A stretch of 64,000 nucleotides of DNA from NCBI RefSeq assembly GCF_006345805.1, contig NC_043000.1, positions 77,066,001-77,130,000 on the forward strand. Direction: 5' to 3'. The number at the start of each line of letters is the position of its first letter. The stretch's first letter is position 1. Shown in pieces: positions 24,581-37,985 of the stretch. This stretch comes from Octopus sinensis. Taxonomy: Eukaryota. Position numbers and translations under genes: made by a program. Below the pieces are notes generated by a model. It was given only the letters and a program-made list of their open reading frames with translations. It did not search any database and was not told where the DNA came from.

Positions 24581-27128
24581 TAGTAAATAAGTCTAAAATA
24601 TATATATATATATCAAGTTATAATGTCATTGCTGTAAAGTATTGATTGGGTATTATCTGATGGTTGATGATTGATTGATTTAAGTATGTTTCTCCATTTT
24701 CTCATTTTGTATATATATATATATATATATATACACATAGACATCCAATGTATGTATATGATCTCTGTCATTTAAGAATGAGAATTCAGTTGTTTCATGT
24801 ACTGAATTTCCTGTTTCTAGATTAAGTGGTTTAGCATTCCACAGACACATGTACCCTTAACTTAATTCTCATGAAGAACAGTATGTGACATGACTGTATC
24901 TTTCGAATCACAGTATCTCCTTGATGGGGTTCTAAACAGTTTCCACACACCCAGTTTCACAAACATTGTATGTCTCAATCAAAGGCTCTTGAAAATGACA
25001 TTTATCTATGATGCAATGTAGTGAGGTTTAACGCGGAACCTTGTGGTTGCAAAACAAACTTTTTTGCCATTTGGTTATAATGTACCTACAAATATAAACT
25101 ATTTCTAGCACCACCTTTAATACTTCCATCACGACTCAACATCAATTTCAACTCGCTACATCTTACCCATAACCCCACCTTTATCATGGTCATCTTTCTG
25201 TCTATATGAGTGTATATTTATCTTTCTGTCTTGTTTACATTTGTTTTTGAATCTAATAACAAGTTATGATCACAAGCGTCAAACTAATACACATTGTTGT
25301 TCCCTAACCTATCTCCGTCTTTTGTACAATTTCGAATCACATACACACACACATGCTGGCATATAATAGGGATTACTGACCCCACCCCGAGGTTTTAAAT
25401 GTTTTGAAGAAACATCTTTGTGTGTAAATTACCAAATGTTGATATTCCAAGTCTATTAATCTGAAAAAAGGTGGAAAAAATACCTAAGTTAAAGTAATAG
25501 GTGTATAAAGTCTAGTTAAAAGAAGTGCATGCAAAAAAACTCTTTTCTAAATTTTATCAAGTTAACTGTACACCCTCGAGAAAAGCATCTGCAACATTTC
25601 GTTTAAAAATATGCAATTGTCAGAAAGTTGAGATGAAATAAAAGTCAGCGGCGAGGAGTAGGCACCGATCTGTAGGGATGCCATATAATTCTGAAACCAG
25701 TTGGATTGGGTGGGCATACATGTATATATTAGTGGTTTAGTAATTGCTTTTCCTCATCACTAAATTAAAATCCGTTTCGAAATACTCAAATTATGTTAGT
25801 TACAAAACCTGGTTTTGGGAATTTCGTTACACACACACACACATTTATGAGAAAGAGGCAGGCTAATATCAAACAAAAACGAGTGTGCACGTCTGTCTGT
25901 AAATGGGTGATCTGGTCATCGTTCTTTCCAAAATCTGTTAAAAAGAATAATCGAACCGTCGTTAAGAATTATCTTTAGAACTAATTTATATTGTGGTAAA
26001 GGGGCGCTAGCAAGATTCAGTGTATGATAATACTATGCCTGACAGAAACCACAGCAACGGGATACGTGCATGTATGTATAAATAGAACAAATATATGTAT
26101 ATGCATGAGTGTACACTCACACATACATGAATATAAAAATTCGTGGATGTATGGATGTGAATAAACCTTCATTAATTCCCATACCTTTTTCAAATAGTTT
26201 CTTTATCTTCAAACATCTTGTCATTGCAATTAAGAATAAAGCAATTTATATATATATATATATATATAATTTTAATCCAAAAGGGAAACAAAAAAACAAC
26301 AACAACAGGAACAATTACAGTATTATTATTAATAGGCGCTCAGGAGATGGAAACACACCCACGTATGTGTGTCTACCTTATGTGCCAAGTCAATTTACTA
26401 ACGTATGTAGATTATTTTGTTTGTATCTGCTTGTCCACCTCGGTCAGATATAATGCTTTTGTTTGCGTGCGTGTGTCTTCAAACGTTCGGAAGGAAGTCG
26501 GATTCATTAAGTTTCCAGCAAACCTTTAAAGATATTACTTCACTTTTGTATTTGGTTCACACGATTCTTAGTGTGAAATCTTGTGTTGCAACAAATCTTG
26601 TCTTGAGAGAGTCATTACATCAATAATATTGACATGTACAGTGTGTGTAGTATTATTATTGGTATAATGACCCTACTAAAATACAATAAGCTTTAAAAAT
26701 ATATCAATCTTGACATACATATATTAAAGAAATATGAAGTATGTTTCTCGTAGAAGGTATTATTCTCGTTCATTAAGCAGGAGAGGGGTGTTGTCCGAAA
26801 CATTAAACTGTTTCTCATATCGCCTGGCGGCACAAAGACTTAACTTTAATTACTATTTTAAATGTATTCATTTGGTTGGTTTCGTTTTTCATGATAAGCT
26901 TAATAACCACATCAACACTATATAACTAGTTTTCTGAGATTCTCATTTCTCATCCTATCCTTTCATAATTTTTCGGCTGATAGCTTGTATTGTTGGATGT
27001 GATGTGTCAGGTTTTCCTTAAGTAGAGGACTATGAAGCACGCATGTACGGCAAGGGTTTATATGTGTTTATTATGTGTGGTTTATATTCAGCAGCGAGGC
27101 ATTCAATCCGTGAGCGATATATATATGT

Positions 27129-27406
27129 GGCATTCCTTCGATATAACTCGACAAAATCAAAACATTTCACTTGGGGTATTTCCGTGGGTTGTGGAGTAGA
27201 GATATAACAAAATTATGCCAGCAATGTCTCATTTTAAACTTGAAAAAAAAAAAAAAAGCTTTGCATATTTGTTCTTACCTGTTTCATGTGTGTAAGTAAA
27301 ATCCGCAAATTTCCAAGCAGAAAACAGAATCGAACTGTCATTTGCTTCCACGGAAATACCCGAAGTGAAATGTTTTGATTTTGTCGAGTTATATCGAAAG
27401 AATGCC
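27129..27406. repeat. Inverted repeat with ~59-bp arms
   Basis: 27129-27187 is the reverse complement of 27348-27406 with a few mismatches. Confidence 0.8.
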
Positions 27407-27486
27407 GAAGGCATAGTTTCGGTTGTAGTAGCACCGACATGCGAAACTTCGCCAGTATCTAATTTGAAAATATTTAGTGCAGCAAA

Positions 27487-27743
27487 AACCGTAATTAATT
27501 TTTTTTTTGTTTCGGAACTCTTTTAGGCATCGTAGATTACGACAAACCAGTTAAAAAAGGAAAAGTGCCCCACGTAATTTGACTTTCTTTTGAAATGCTA
27601 TTTTATATATAATATGCCTTAAACATCAAGGAATTTGATTCTTCAAAATCACGCGTAAAATAAATCTGAAATATGTCCTTTTCGTTTCTACACATTCGTA
27701 AACTACGATGCTTAAAACCTACAGATCCGAAGAAATTACGGTT
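27487..27743. mobile_element. MITE-like foldback
   Basis: AACCGTAATT..TTCGGA..TAGGCATCGTAGATTACGA pairs with TCGTAAACTACGATGCTTA..TCCGAA..AATTACGGTT. Confidence 0.55.
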
Positions 27744-28324
27744 GGAGGAACAAAAGATAATTTCTGACTATTTTATAGGAGTGCACGCACATATGTGTAC
27801 ATGTGGGCATGTATATGTGTGTTAGGAAATGAGGAAGGATTTCTGTATACAAACTTTGTATGGGTTATTTATTATTCATCAATGGAACCCTGTCTGCAGA
27901 CAGAGAAAGAGAACAGAGAGTAGTGCGAGTGTTATTGCTCTAGATTAACATGAAATGTGACTGTATGGTTACAAACATTAACATAGAGATTTGTGCATGT
28001 TTGTATGTCGGTAAAGTGAGACAAAAACAGAGAGGACTTGGTGTGTATGTAAAAGAAAAAAGATCAAAATATAACAGTGTGCACGACTGGTATATATGGA
28101 AGGGTGCCTGTGAAAAACCCTGTTGAAATTGTCAGAGATAGCGACATAACTGTTGGCGTAAACACATTATATACGTGTGTGTGTGTGTGTAAGTATGTAT
28201 ATATATATACAGAGAGAGAAAGAGAAAGATATTTATGTATGTGTGTATCAACACAAATGAATTCTTAATGTATTTTTAAACAAATATGCCAATTAGAATA
28301 ATGTATAGGTTTATATTTACTCAC

Positions 28325-28414
28325 CTGTGACAATGGGACGGTAGTAGAGGCCTGGCTTTGTAGTACTGCCAACAGACCGAACACAAATAAAGTCGTTTTA
28401 AGTAGCATTTCCAT
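28325..28414 (-). CDS. First coding exon of a host secreted or membrane protein (signal peptide)
   Basis: MEMLLKTTLFVFGLLAVLQSQASTTVPLSQ has a basic n-region, hydrophobic h-region and SQA cleavage-like site. It ends at a consensus donor CAG|GTGAGT, phase 0, in non-repetitive sequence. Confidence 0.7.
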
Positions 28415-29259
28415 TCCGACTTTGATCTAAGTATGTATAAATATATATATGCAGATTATGAACCAATAGGAACAGGGAAACTAACTCCAATAAAGCAATC
28501 AGACATATATATATTTACACACTCAGATGTAATCTATATATATATAAGAGTATAAGATAAATATGTATATATGTATTTATCTTTCCTTTTGAAATTCCGA
28601 AATGAGCGATTGATAAAAACTGATTTGAAAAAATATAAATGGCAAGAAAGAATAGATTAAAACACCTTTCTTTCGTAATTTTTTTTGTTTTCTTTATATA
28701 TATAAATTTTTAAAATCCAGTGGGAATATATTTCGTGTGTGTGCGTGTATATATATATAAATGAAATATATATATTATATATTTATGTATATATATGTAT
28801 GTACAACGTGAAGGCGGGAGAGCGGAATATTTAGGATCAGCTCACATAAAATCTATCGCTTCTTTTGCTGTTATATATCAACACCGTCAACATTATAAGT
28901 AAACATGTGTATAGTGTGTGTGTTTTTTTGGGGTTTTTTTTGCCAATTTATATATAACTGAGTGCATATACTTATATTGAGTGAACGTATGTGCTTGAAT
29001 ATAAAAGAAAATAAAATTAAAATACAAAATATATATTATAGTCGTCGCTTTCTTACAGAATCAATGAATGTAGTTTCATATTAAACGGTGATATGGTGGC
29101 TAAAGATAACAAGAAAAAAGAATCCAACGTCGCTTTTGATTTGGAATTATTCCGTCCTCATGTATTATTGCTGTTTTAGTATAAATTGCCCAGATCGTCA
29201 ATGTATAGGTTGAAATGTGCATGTGTGTATACAGTATGGGTGTTTAAAGCGGTAATAGC

Positions 29260-29390
29260 GCTAAGCGACGGGTGGGCAGCGGTGTACAAGTATTTCTATT
29301 GAACGACAAGAGTAGCAGTGAAGCAGAGTTACTTGGCATAGGACGGCGAGTAAATTATTACGCCGAGCGCGGAAGGATATCATTGCTAAG
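29260..29390 (-). promoter_or_regulatory. Candidate promoter/TSS region of the signal-peptide gene
   Basis: Locally CpG-rich unique patch with CGGAAG (ETS-like), about 0.9 kb upstream of the ATG in TE-free sequence. Confidence 0.3.
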
Positions 29391-29621
29391 GCTTTAATGT
29401 CAAAAGGGAGGTGGTGTAGCATAAAGAGAGGCTAAGGGGGAGAAAAAGAAAATAAAGGAGGAAGAGAAAGAGGAGAGGAGGCAGAATAATAAACGAATGA
29501 GAGAAAACAGGAGAGAGAGAGAGAATGGGTAAAACTGATAGACTACCGAGCAAGAAAAAGAGAATAAGGGCGCCAATGATGTGTGTATATACATACAAAC
29601 ACACACACACACACACACACG

Positions 29622-29652
<31 letters not shown>

Positions 29653-30084
29653 ATAATTACAGCATTATATAGGGAGAACGACTAAAAGGAGAAACGGAGT
29701 GTGAGTGGGTTAGGGAAAAGCATACTGAATTAAAGAGAAAGAAAGAGATAAAGAGACGTAAGATGAAAACAAGCGAAGGTTTAAAAGACGGAGGGATAGT
29801 GAGAGGGTAAATAGAGGTTATAAAGATAGGCAAAAGAGGGCGTAAGGGAGAGAAACAGAAAGTGAGTCGGTATTAAGGGGAAGAAACGGAAAGAGCGATG
29901 AGAGAAAAAGAAGCCAGGGTGGTGTAAGTCGAGAAAGCGAAAGAAGTCTGCGTGCGCGTGTATACATGTATGTGTGTGTGTACATTTCATGTGTATTTTG
30001 TGTGTGCGCGCACGCATGGTAAGTATACATGCATTTATATATGAGTGAGTGTATATATATATGTATATATAATGTACATACACC

Positions 30085-30142
30085 TTTTATCTTTTATCTT
30101 TTACTTGCCTCAGTCATTAGACTGTGGCCATGCTAGAGCACC

Positions 30143-30184
<42 letters not shown>

Positions 30185-30343
30185 TTTATATATATATATA
30201 TTAATATTATATTTATATATTATATATTTATATAATATATATTTTATATATATATATTATATAATATATATTTATATATTATATATTTATTATATATATA
30301 TATATATATATAATATATATATATTTATATATATATATATATT

Positions 30344-30375
<32 letters not shown>

Positions 30376-30472
30376 TATATTTATATATATATATATTTAT
30401 ATATATATATATTTATATATATATATATTATATATATATATATTTATATATATATATATTATATATAATATA

Positions 30473-30517
<45 letters not shown>

Positions 30518-30665
30518 CAGGCTTCTTTCAGTTTCCGACTACCAAATCCGCTTATATGGCATTGGTCGGCCCGAGACTATTGCAAAAAACACTTGCGCAA
30601 GGTGCCATGCATTCGGACTGGGCCCGGACTCTGACTATGAAGTAAACTTTTTTACCTCAGACCCA
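30085..30665 (-). mobile_element. SINE family 1 split by a ~360-bp degenerate (AT)n expansion
   Basis: Tail at 30085-30147, AT tract at 30148-30510, head/body at 30520-30665. Confidence 0.7.
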
Positions 30666-30699
30666 CGGACATATGTATACGTACGTGTGAGTATATACA

Positions 30700-31060
30700 G
30701 GCGCAATAGTGGATGTGTGGTAAGTAGCTTGCTTACCAACTACATGGTTCCAGGTTCACTTGGGCAAGTGTCTTCTTCTATGGCTCCGGGCCGACCAAAG
30801 CCTTGTGAGTGGATTTGGCAGACGGAAACTGAAAGAAGCTTGTATATACACGACGGGCTTCTTTATGTGTGTATATGTTTGTTTGTCCCCGCAACATCGA
30901 TTGACAATCAATGCTGATGTGTTTACGTTCCCGTAAATTAGTTATTCGGCAAAGATAGAATAAGTACTAGGATTACAAAGAATAAGTCCTGGGTCGATTT
31001 GCCCGACTAAAGGCGGTGCTGCAGCATGGTCGTAGTCAAATGACTAAAACAAGTCCAAGA
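30700..31060 (+). mobile_element. SINE family 1
   Basis: Head-to-tail match. Confidence 0.85.
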
Positions 31061-31062
31061 GA

Positions 31063-31108
<46 letters not shown>

Positions 31109-31186
31109 TGTATGTATATTTTGGGAATGTGTACGAATAACAAGGAATAACATTTGCGTTTGACTCCATTTCTTAATTTATCCATG

Positions 31187-31221
<35 letters not shown>

Positions 31222-31266
31222 GCACACACACACACACACACAACACACACACACACACACACACAC

Positions 31267-31307
<41 letters not shown>

Positions 31308-31321
31308 TATATATATGGCAA

Positions 31322-31617
31322 TCTTTCGTCTCTAGTAGACCTTTCCGTCGATTTCCGTAAAAAAATTTATTTTTTTTTACATATGGGCTTGCGGGAACTT
31401 TTGAAGTAATGAGAACATTAATGTAACACTGAATCGGCCATACATACATACACACACACACACATACATACATAGATACATACACACACACACATACATG
31501 CATACATACATATACACATACACCGAGTAAAAAATTTCAGTTATCTCTCTCTTTCACACACACTAACAGAAGCACTTCACTTACACAACATACTTTCTGT
31601 CTCCCACACCCCATCAA

Positions 31618-31648
<31 letters not shown>

Positions 31649-31820
31649 CAACAATGCTTTACATGCACGGTAACTTCAAAAGAACTTCCCTCGTCATACA
31701 ATCGCTTTCTCTTAGTCTCTTTCGCTCTCATTACTTCAAAAGTTCCCGCAAGCCCATATGTAAAAAAAGAAAAAATTTTACGGAAATCGACGGAAAGGTC
31801 TACTAGAGACGAAAGATCGC
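31322..31820. repeat. Inverted repeat with ~90-bp arms around (CA)n; MITE/foldback-like
   Basis: TCTTTCGTCTCTAGTAGACCTTTCCGTCG...GCGGGAACTTTTGAAGTAATGAGA (31322-31414) is the reverse complement of 31726-31818. Confidence 0.8.
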
Positions 31821-31826
31821 CATATA

Positions 31827-31888
<62 letters not shown>

Positions 31889-31959
31889 ACACGCTGGAAT
31901 TGTTTCTCTTTCAGCACACGATCTCAGATCAGGACACGTGCTATGTAAGTACATCTCCG

Positions 31960-32022
<63 letters not shown>

Positions 32023-32127
32023 GTATATATATATACATATAAATGTATATATATATATGCATATATATACATGTGTGTCTATGTATATACGCATATATGT
32101 GTGTGCGTGTGTGCATATATATATATG

Positions 32128-32290
32128 CAGGCGTGGCTATGTAGAAAGAAGCTCGCTTCCCAACCACATGGCTTTGGGTTCAGTCTCATTGCGTGGCACT
32201 TTGGGCAAGTGACTTCGACTATAGCCTCGGGTCCACCAAAGCCTTGTGAGTGAGTGAATTTGGTAGACGGAAACCGAAAGAAGCCCGTCG
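32128..32290 (+). mobile_element. SINE family 1, 5' half
   Basis: Head and CORE-like block. Confidence 0.75.
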
Positions 32291-32291
32291 C

Positions 32292-32348
<57 letters not shown>

Positions 32349-32400
32349 TGTGTGTGTGTGTTAATTTCATGTCAATAATTACTATACAAAACTACATCAT

Positions 32401-32790
32401 ACAGTACTACATTTTAGAGATGAGGTATTCTGTACATTATTTACATTGGCCGGATATGTGTCCTTCGTCTGATTTACTCTGATGTTGTTGTTGTTGTTCT
32501 TCTTGTTCTTGTTCTTGTTCTTGTTGTTGTTGTTGTTCTTCTTCTTCTTCTTTTTATTATTATTATTATTATTATTATATTATTATTATTATTATTATTA
32601 TTCCAGGCACTGCCTTGAATAAATAATAATAATAACATCAGCAAAAAACACCTTAGGAATAAGAACCCAGGGTTGGGTTCAAAATTCTGCCAGAACACCT
32701 GATGAAGGCTGGAGAGTAAATCAAACGAAACTTTGTGGTAACAACAAACAAGATGAGGACACATATCCGTCCAATTTAAAGAAAGTAAAT
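32401..32790. mobile_element. Palindromic hammerhead element, diverged copy with short left arm
   Basis: Left arm AGAGATGAGG..TGTACATTATTTACATT. Right arm TTCCAGGCACTGCCTTGAA-(TAA)n-CCTTAGGAAT..CACCTGATGAAGGCTGG..CGAAAC. Confidence 0.75.
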
Positions 32791-33193
32791 GAATCTATAT
32801 TATTACACTAAATATGAAATCAATTGGAAAAAAATCTAAGAAATTGAAAAGTGGCAGCAAAACAGAAAAGATTCTATCTATATATATATCTATCATCTAT
32901 CTATACATATGCATGTATATATATATATATATACACACATACACACACACACTCACACTTCCCAGTACCCACACCATCATCACACACCTACACATTACAG
33001 ACGCATACACTTACACATTTACACACTCTCACATACACACGCACACGCACCTTTGTTTTGGGATCACCAATACTTTATTATCTCCCCTTCTTCCTAGCCC
33101 TCTAGTCTAACTGCCTCTGTCCAGCCAACCGCCATGATTGACTACTAGCTCCAAAGGTTTTTTTATTTTCTCTCTGTTTATTTCTTCGAGTTC

Positions 33194-33229
33194 CTTTCTG
33201 TCGAAGAGCGTAAGCTCGAAACGTAAAAG
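33194..33229 (+). ncRNA. Hammerhead-like motif with variant core CTGTCGA in a Penelope-type pLTR relic (33120-33260)
   Basis: CTTT-CTGTCGA-A-GAGC GTAA GCTC-GAAACGTA-AAAG. Confidence 0.6.
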
Positions 33230-33330
33230 ACGTTCCCGGGCGTTCAACTAATACATACATACACTCGTATGCCGTGAGCTAAACAGTAAACGTTTATCAA
33301 TCTATCTAGTTATCTCTTTATATATTATAT

Positions 33331-33391
<61 letters not shown>

Positions 33392-33409
33392 TATATATAT
33401 ATATATATA

Positions 33410-33850
33410 TGGTGGCTGCCCCCTCGTTATCGAGTATGGCCATTGCCGAAGCTTAATCAATGTTGTTATCGTGCAATGCCTGTGCAAGAAGATTTTTTTT
33501 TAAGTGAGGAAAGGCTGTGCACTGAGTTAATCCCACTCACTAAGCAACGGCAGCTATAATCCGAAAAGAAGAACAAGTCAACATCATCGGTAACCACTGA
33601 GCCGCAGGTTTTATGTCAGAGTCATCCCAGTTACCTGAGTTACCTTCTCCTAGAAGGATGCCCTAACAAAGGCTAGGAGTCCTTCACTCCCAATGGTTTA
33701 ACCGCGCGATCGGGTATTTAGTTTGATTATTTCTATGTCCCCGCGCATGATACAGCCTTAAACATTTATTGGATGGCCGTTGACTCTCAAGAGTTCCTCC
33801 GCCCTTTGACGGGTTCTGTTATTCATCCCGCAGGGTGTCCAATAAACAAG
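33410..33850 (-). mobile_element. Probable LINE 5'-region fragment (RTE-like)
   Basis: Shares CCTTCTCCTAGAAGGATGC..AGGAGTCC with 60750-60810; the clade assignment is inference. Confidence 0.4.
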
Positions 33851-33902
33851 CTTGGTGCAAAATTTTTCTGGAATAAATAAGTGACGAAAACCACAAAGAT
33901 CC

Positions 33903-33939
<37 letters not shown>

Positions 33940-33989
33940 ATGTGTGTGTGTGTGTGTATGTGTGTGTGTGTGTGTGTATAATAAAATTA

Positions 33990-34228
33990 ATGCGCCCTTT
34001 TAAAGCCTAGCCAGGCTCATGGGCCCGGTTTCAGTGGCGTATGTGTTCCCCAGCTGGACGGGACGCCAGTCCATCGCAGCGTTACTCATTTTTGCCAGCT
34101 GAGTGGACTTGAGCAACGTGAATGGAAGTGCTTTGCTCAGGAACACAACGCGTCGCCCGGTCCAGGAATCGAAACCACAATCTTACAATCATGGTGCTGA
34201 CACCCTAACCATTAAGCCAAGCGCTTCC
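33990..34228 (-). mobile_element. tRNA-derived SINE, family 3
   Basis: A box TGGCTTAATGG, B box GTTTCGATTCC and body GCGATGGACTGGCGTCCCGTCCAG. Confidence 0.8.
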
Positions 34229-34986
34229 ATACACACACACGCACACAGACACACACATATATATACACACGTGTATGTGTGTGTATGTAATTTACATATA
34301 TACCATACATACGTACACACACATATATATATGTATGTGTGTAAATACAAGTGTGTATGTTTTCGTGTTACAGCGCGCGCGTTATGGGTGCTTGTACGTA
34401 TGTATGCATGTGTGTATTAATATAAGACTGTGTAGTCATGGCTGAGTTATCTCTTGAGTATTGGTCTATTTGCTTTGAGACTATCCTGGTATTAAACAAC
34501 AACAACAATGGCAGCAGCAGCAACAATATATTTTTCTTTAATTAAGGCAAATTCTGTTGAATTCCCGAACAGCTGTAAAGGATCTGAAATCGACTTCGGC
34601 AGGATTTTCAAGGACAGCAGGATATCTCAACCCCGACACCACTTCATTTCTGCCACTTTATTGCCATTATACACGTTATATAAATAAATAATTAAATGAT
34701 TAAAGAATTATATGAAATAAGTAGTAAGTAGTTCTAATTAAATGAACAGATAGATTTTTGATATCTGAAGTGAAATTTAAGCTGAAGGGAGCTGTTGAAG
34801 GAAACGACACGAGGTCCAAAATAGTTGTTATAATGATGGTGTTGATGGTGTAGAGGAGTCGCGCTGATGGCGGTCGGGTCCTTGCGAAAGTGGTGATGAT
34901 TGTAATAAGGATGATGGTGGTGATAATAGTGGTGGTGCTAATGGCTTTATTGCTGTTGTTGTTCCTCATCCTAGTGGTTATTGTTG

Positions 34987-35018
<32 letters not shown>

Positions 35019-35646
35019 GTAGCTTACTATCATCCCTGAGCATTCAAAAATTGTCGTGACGTAGGTAAGAGTAGATAAGCATCCGAACCTACAGGGTGTA
35101 CCCTACATCCCAGTACTCCTGACTCACCCGGATATTCTTGAATTCTCAACGCATCCGGCATGTCAAAGGCCCAATGATTACTGGTGCAATAGTTTATCGT
35201 TCGACTAAGATTCCACCCATGACCATCCCATTTTTTTTCTTACTGTACTGAATTCGTTCCATATCTTCTGATATTGCAAAGTGGTTGTTTATAAGGTTTA
35301 TCAGCATCCGGGAACCTGTATTTGTTTATTCCAGCCTCTGGAAACAACAGTGAACACGTTCTCAAAACATAACCTAGTCTTTTGAAAAAATAAAAAGAAT
35401 TGTATAATGCGACTGGTAGATTTTGCAAAAGAAAAAAGACATAACGGTCAATACTGGAATGTCGTTGATCGTAGACCAACTCAGACATGTTTGTTCTAGC
35501 GCTACAGAACAACAACAAAAATAATAACATTTATCATAGAATCTCTATCCCTTCTCTGAAATATTACGAGGTTACTTTGATATTATATTATATATTTCTC
35601 TTATACTTTTCAAAATATAAGAAATTTTATAAAAGTTTTACAAATG

Positions 35647-35820
35647 TGGAGGCGCAATGGCCCAGTAGTTAGGGCAGCGGACTCGCGGTCGTAGGATCAC
35701 GATTTCGATTCGCAGACCGAGGGTTGTGAGTGTTTATTGTGCTTACCAACCACTTGGTTCCGGGTTCAGTCCCACTGCGTGGCACCTTGGGTAAGTGTCT
35801 TCTACTATAGCCTCGGGCTA
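35647..35820 (+). mobile_element. Two abutting SINE 5' fragments (families 4 and 1)
   Basis: GGAGGCGCAATGGCCCAGT head (as at 52943) fused to the GCTTACCAACCAC...TAGCCTCGGGC body. Confidence 0.7.
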
Positions 35821-35823
35821 TGC

Positions 35824-35885
<62 letters not shown>

Positions 35886-35989
35886 CCGGAGTAAACACAT
35901 AAATGTGAAACAAGGTGGAAAAAAGAGTACTCAAATACCAGTGGTAGAGTAATATGCTTTATTTTAAGCAGCAGAAAATTCAACAAAAT

Positions 35990-36027
35990 CTGTTACTCTG
36001 AGTTTCTCGTTGCCGTTCATCAGACAG
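35990..36027 (-). ncRNA. Minimal hammerhead ribozyme motif
   Basis: CTGT-CTGATGA-ACGGCAACGA-GAA-ACTC A GAGT-A-ACAG; helix I CTGT/ACAG, self-complementary helix III. Confidence 0.7.
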
Positions 36028-37026
36028 TTTTTGCTAGAATGGAACTTATATATTAATTCAATCTATACTCTTACAAACGCTACACCTTTAAAAAGAAATG
36101 GACTTGTTTGATTGGCCCTTTAGAAAAAACGGTCAATCTTCGAGCGATAAACAAAAAGGTCAAAAATATATGTATATATATATAAAAAACTTATAAAAAT
36201 TATAAAATTATAAAATCCGAGGAAAAACCTATTGCCGTTAATGAAGACAGTACAAATTAATGCATAGAAATTAAACCTGTTATAAATACTGCAATACATA
36301 TTTATATTAAAATCCACATATATATATCAACATACACAAAAGGATGCGCGTAAACGCCATACATACATATACAGGCGTATGAATATGAATCTAAATTATA
36401 CACATAAAAGCATGTGTACATATATTCACGCAAACCGTCTCGCACGCAAGCTAAAATTCATCTATGTAGCAATTCTCATATATTGAGCAAGGAGGGGGAA
36501 CGAAAGAAAGGGAAAGAGAGAAAAAGGAACGAAGGAGGGGCGGGGAAAAAACTTGTAGCGATGTTATTGGCATCTATAGAGGCCAGTATACATACACAAG
36601 TTTGAATTGATACATATACATATCGTCGTGTGTATGCGTGCTTAAGCACAAGCATACTTTCACTTACACATACACAGATACGCATGCTTACAAATACATA
36701 TGCTTTGCTATACACATACTTATATAAACATTCTAATTTTGACAACATTGCTTTTTTTAAAAAACATTGCTTTTAAAAAAGGGTGCATAATAAAAATATA
36801 TACGAAAGACATATAAAATGAAATATAACATCCTATTTTGGGTCATTTATAAATAATCAAGGTAATATAAATAATCAAGGTAATCCTATGCAATACAATA
36901 ACATGAAAACAAAGTTTGTAGGTTTTTCCTAATATATATGTAGAAACAATAAGACTTTGCTATAGATCCGTCATAGCGCCCAAGAGTCAAAATCAAAATC
37001 AAAAATCAAAATACAAAATATATACT

Positions 37027-37410
37027 CTATCCATATGGTATATTTATATTCGACATTTTAAATTTAGCCGCGTGCCTACATAAGTTCATTAACTCACTTC
37101 TTTGATTCAAAGAATTATTGTCTTTGAATAAGATGTGCATTTTCTCTAATAAGCAAAGCCTGCACTTGAAATTATATTTGTAAGCTCCATGCCTGTATGG
37201 TGCCGCCCTGTCCAGAATGATCCATGTCACGTTGAAAGGTGGGGCTTCCTTTTCTTTTAGTTCCCAGACATATTTTGCTAGGCTGGTTTTCTTCCTATTC
37301 TCTGGGTATTTAAAAGAATTCTTATGAGAATAAAATCTTGTTTTAAATGAATTTTCTGAAGCCCCTGTGTATGTCTTGTATTCCGATGAGCCTTCCACTT
37401 GCACCTTGTT
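37027..37410 (-). pseudogene. Penelope-type GIY-YIG endonuclease, N-truncated
   Basis: YTGASENSFKTRFYSHKNSF...TSLAKYVWELK...CRLCLLEK...LNQRSEL..CRH. Confidence 0.88.
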
Positions 37411-37463
<53 letters not shown>

Positions 37464-37496
37464 ACACACACATATATACATATATATATATATATT

Positions 37497-37546
<50 letters not shown>

Positions 37547-37985
37547 AAGTGATGGTTTATAGCCAGCATATTGTGACAGTCCCAGGAAAGGGATGAATGC
37601 TATTGCTATTTAGCCCCAAGAAACACCGTTTCGAGTTGTTTACGTAGCACAAGCGTTCTGTGGCCCCAAACTAAAGGGAGCAGTAAAAATAAAGCATTTA
37701 TTGGTACCCTACCAATATAGTATTACTTTAAATTCAGTTTAAATGGAACACTTGTAAGTTCTCAAATTTTGAGAGTTCTTTTAAAATTTGAATTTCCAAA
37801 TATAACGAATTTTCATCCCGTCCACATTCCAATGCTGGTTGTTCAAGAACCAAATGAAAGGCAGATTTTCAACCTGATTCCAAAAAGGTATAATATGCCT
37901 ATGTAGAGCAAATGTAGACTGAGATTCAAGGGTCCCGGAAGGACTGATAGAAAGATTTTCGGGTTTATTATTGTTATTATTATTA

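Larger units (their letters stand above)
35886..37410 (-). mobile_element. Penelope-like element 3' fragment: GIY-YIG domain, long UTR, terminal hammerhead
   Basis: GIY-YIG ORF plus a hammerhead motif on the same strand about 1 kb downstream. Confidence 0.75.
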
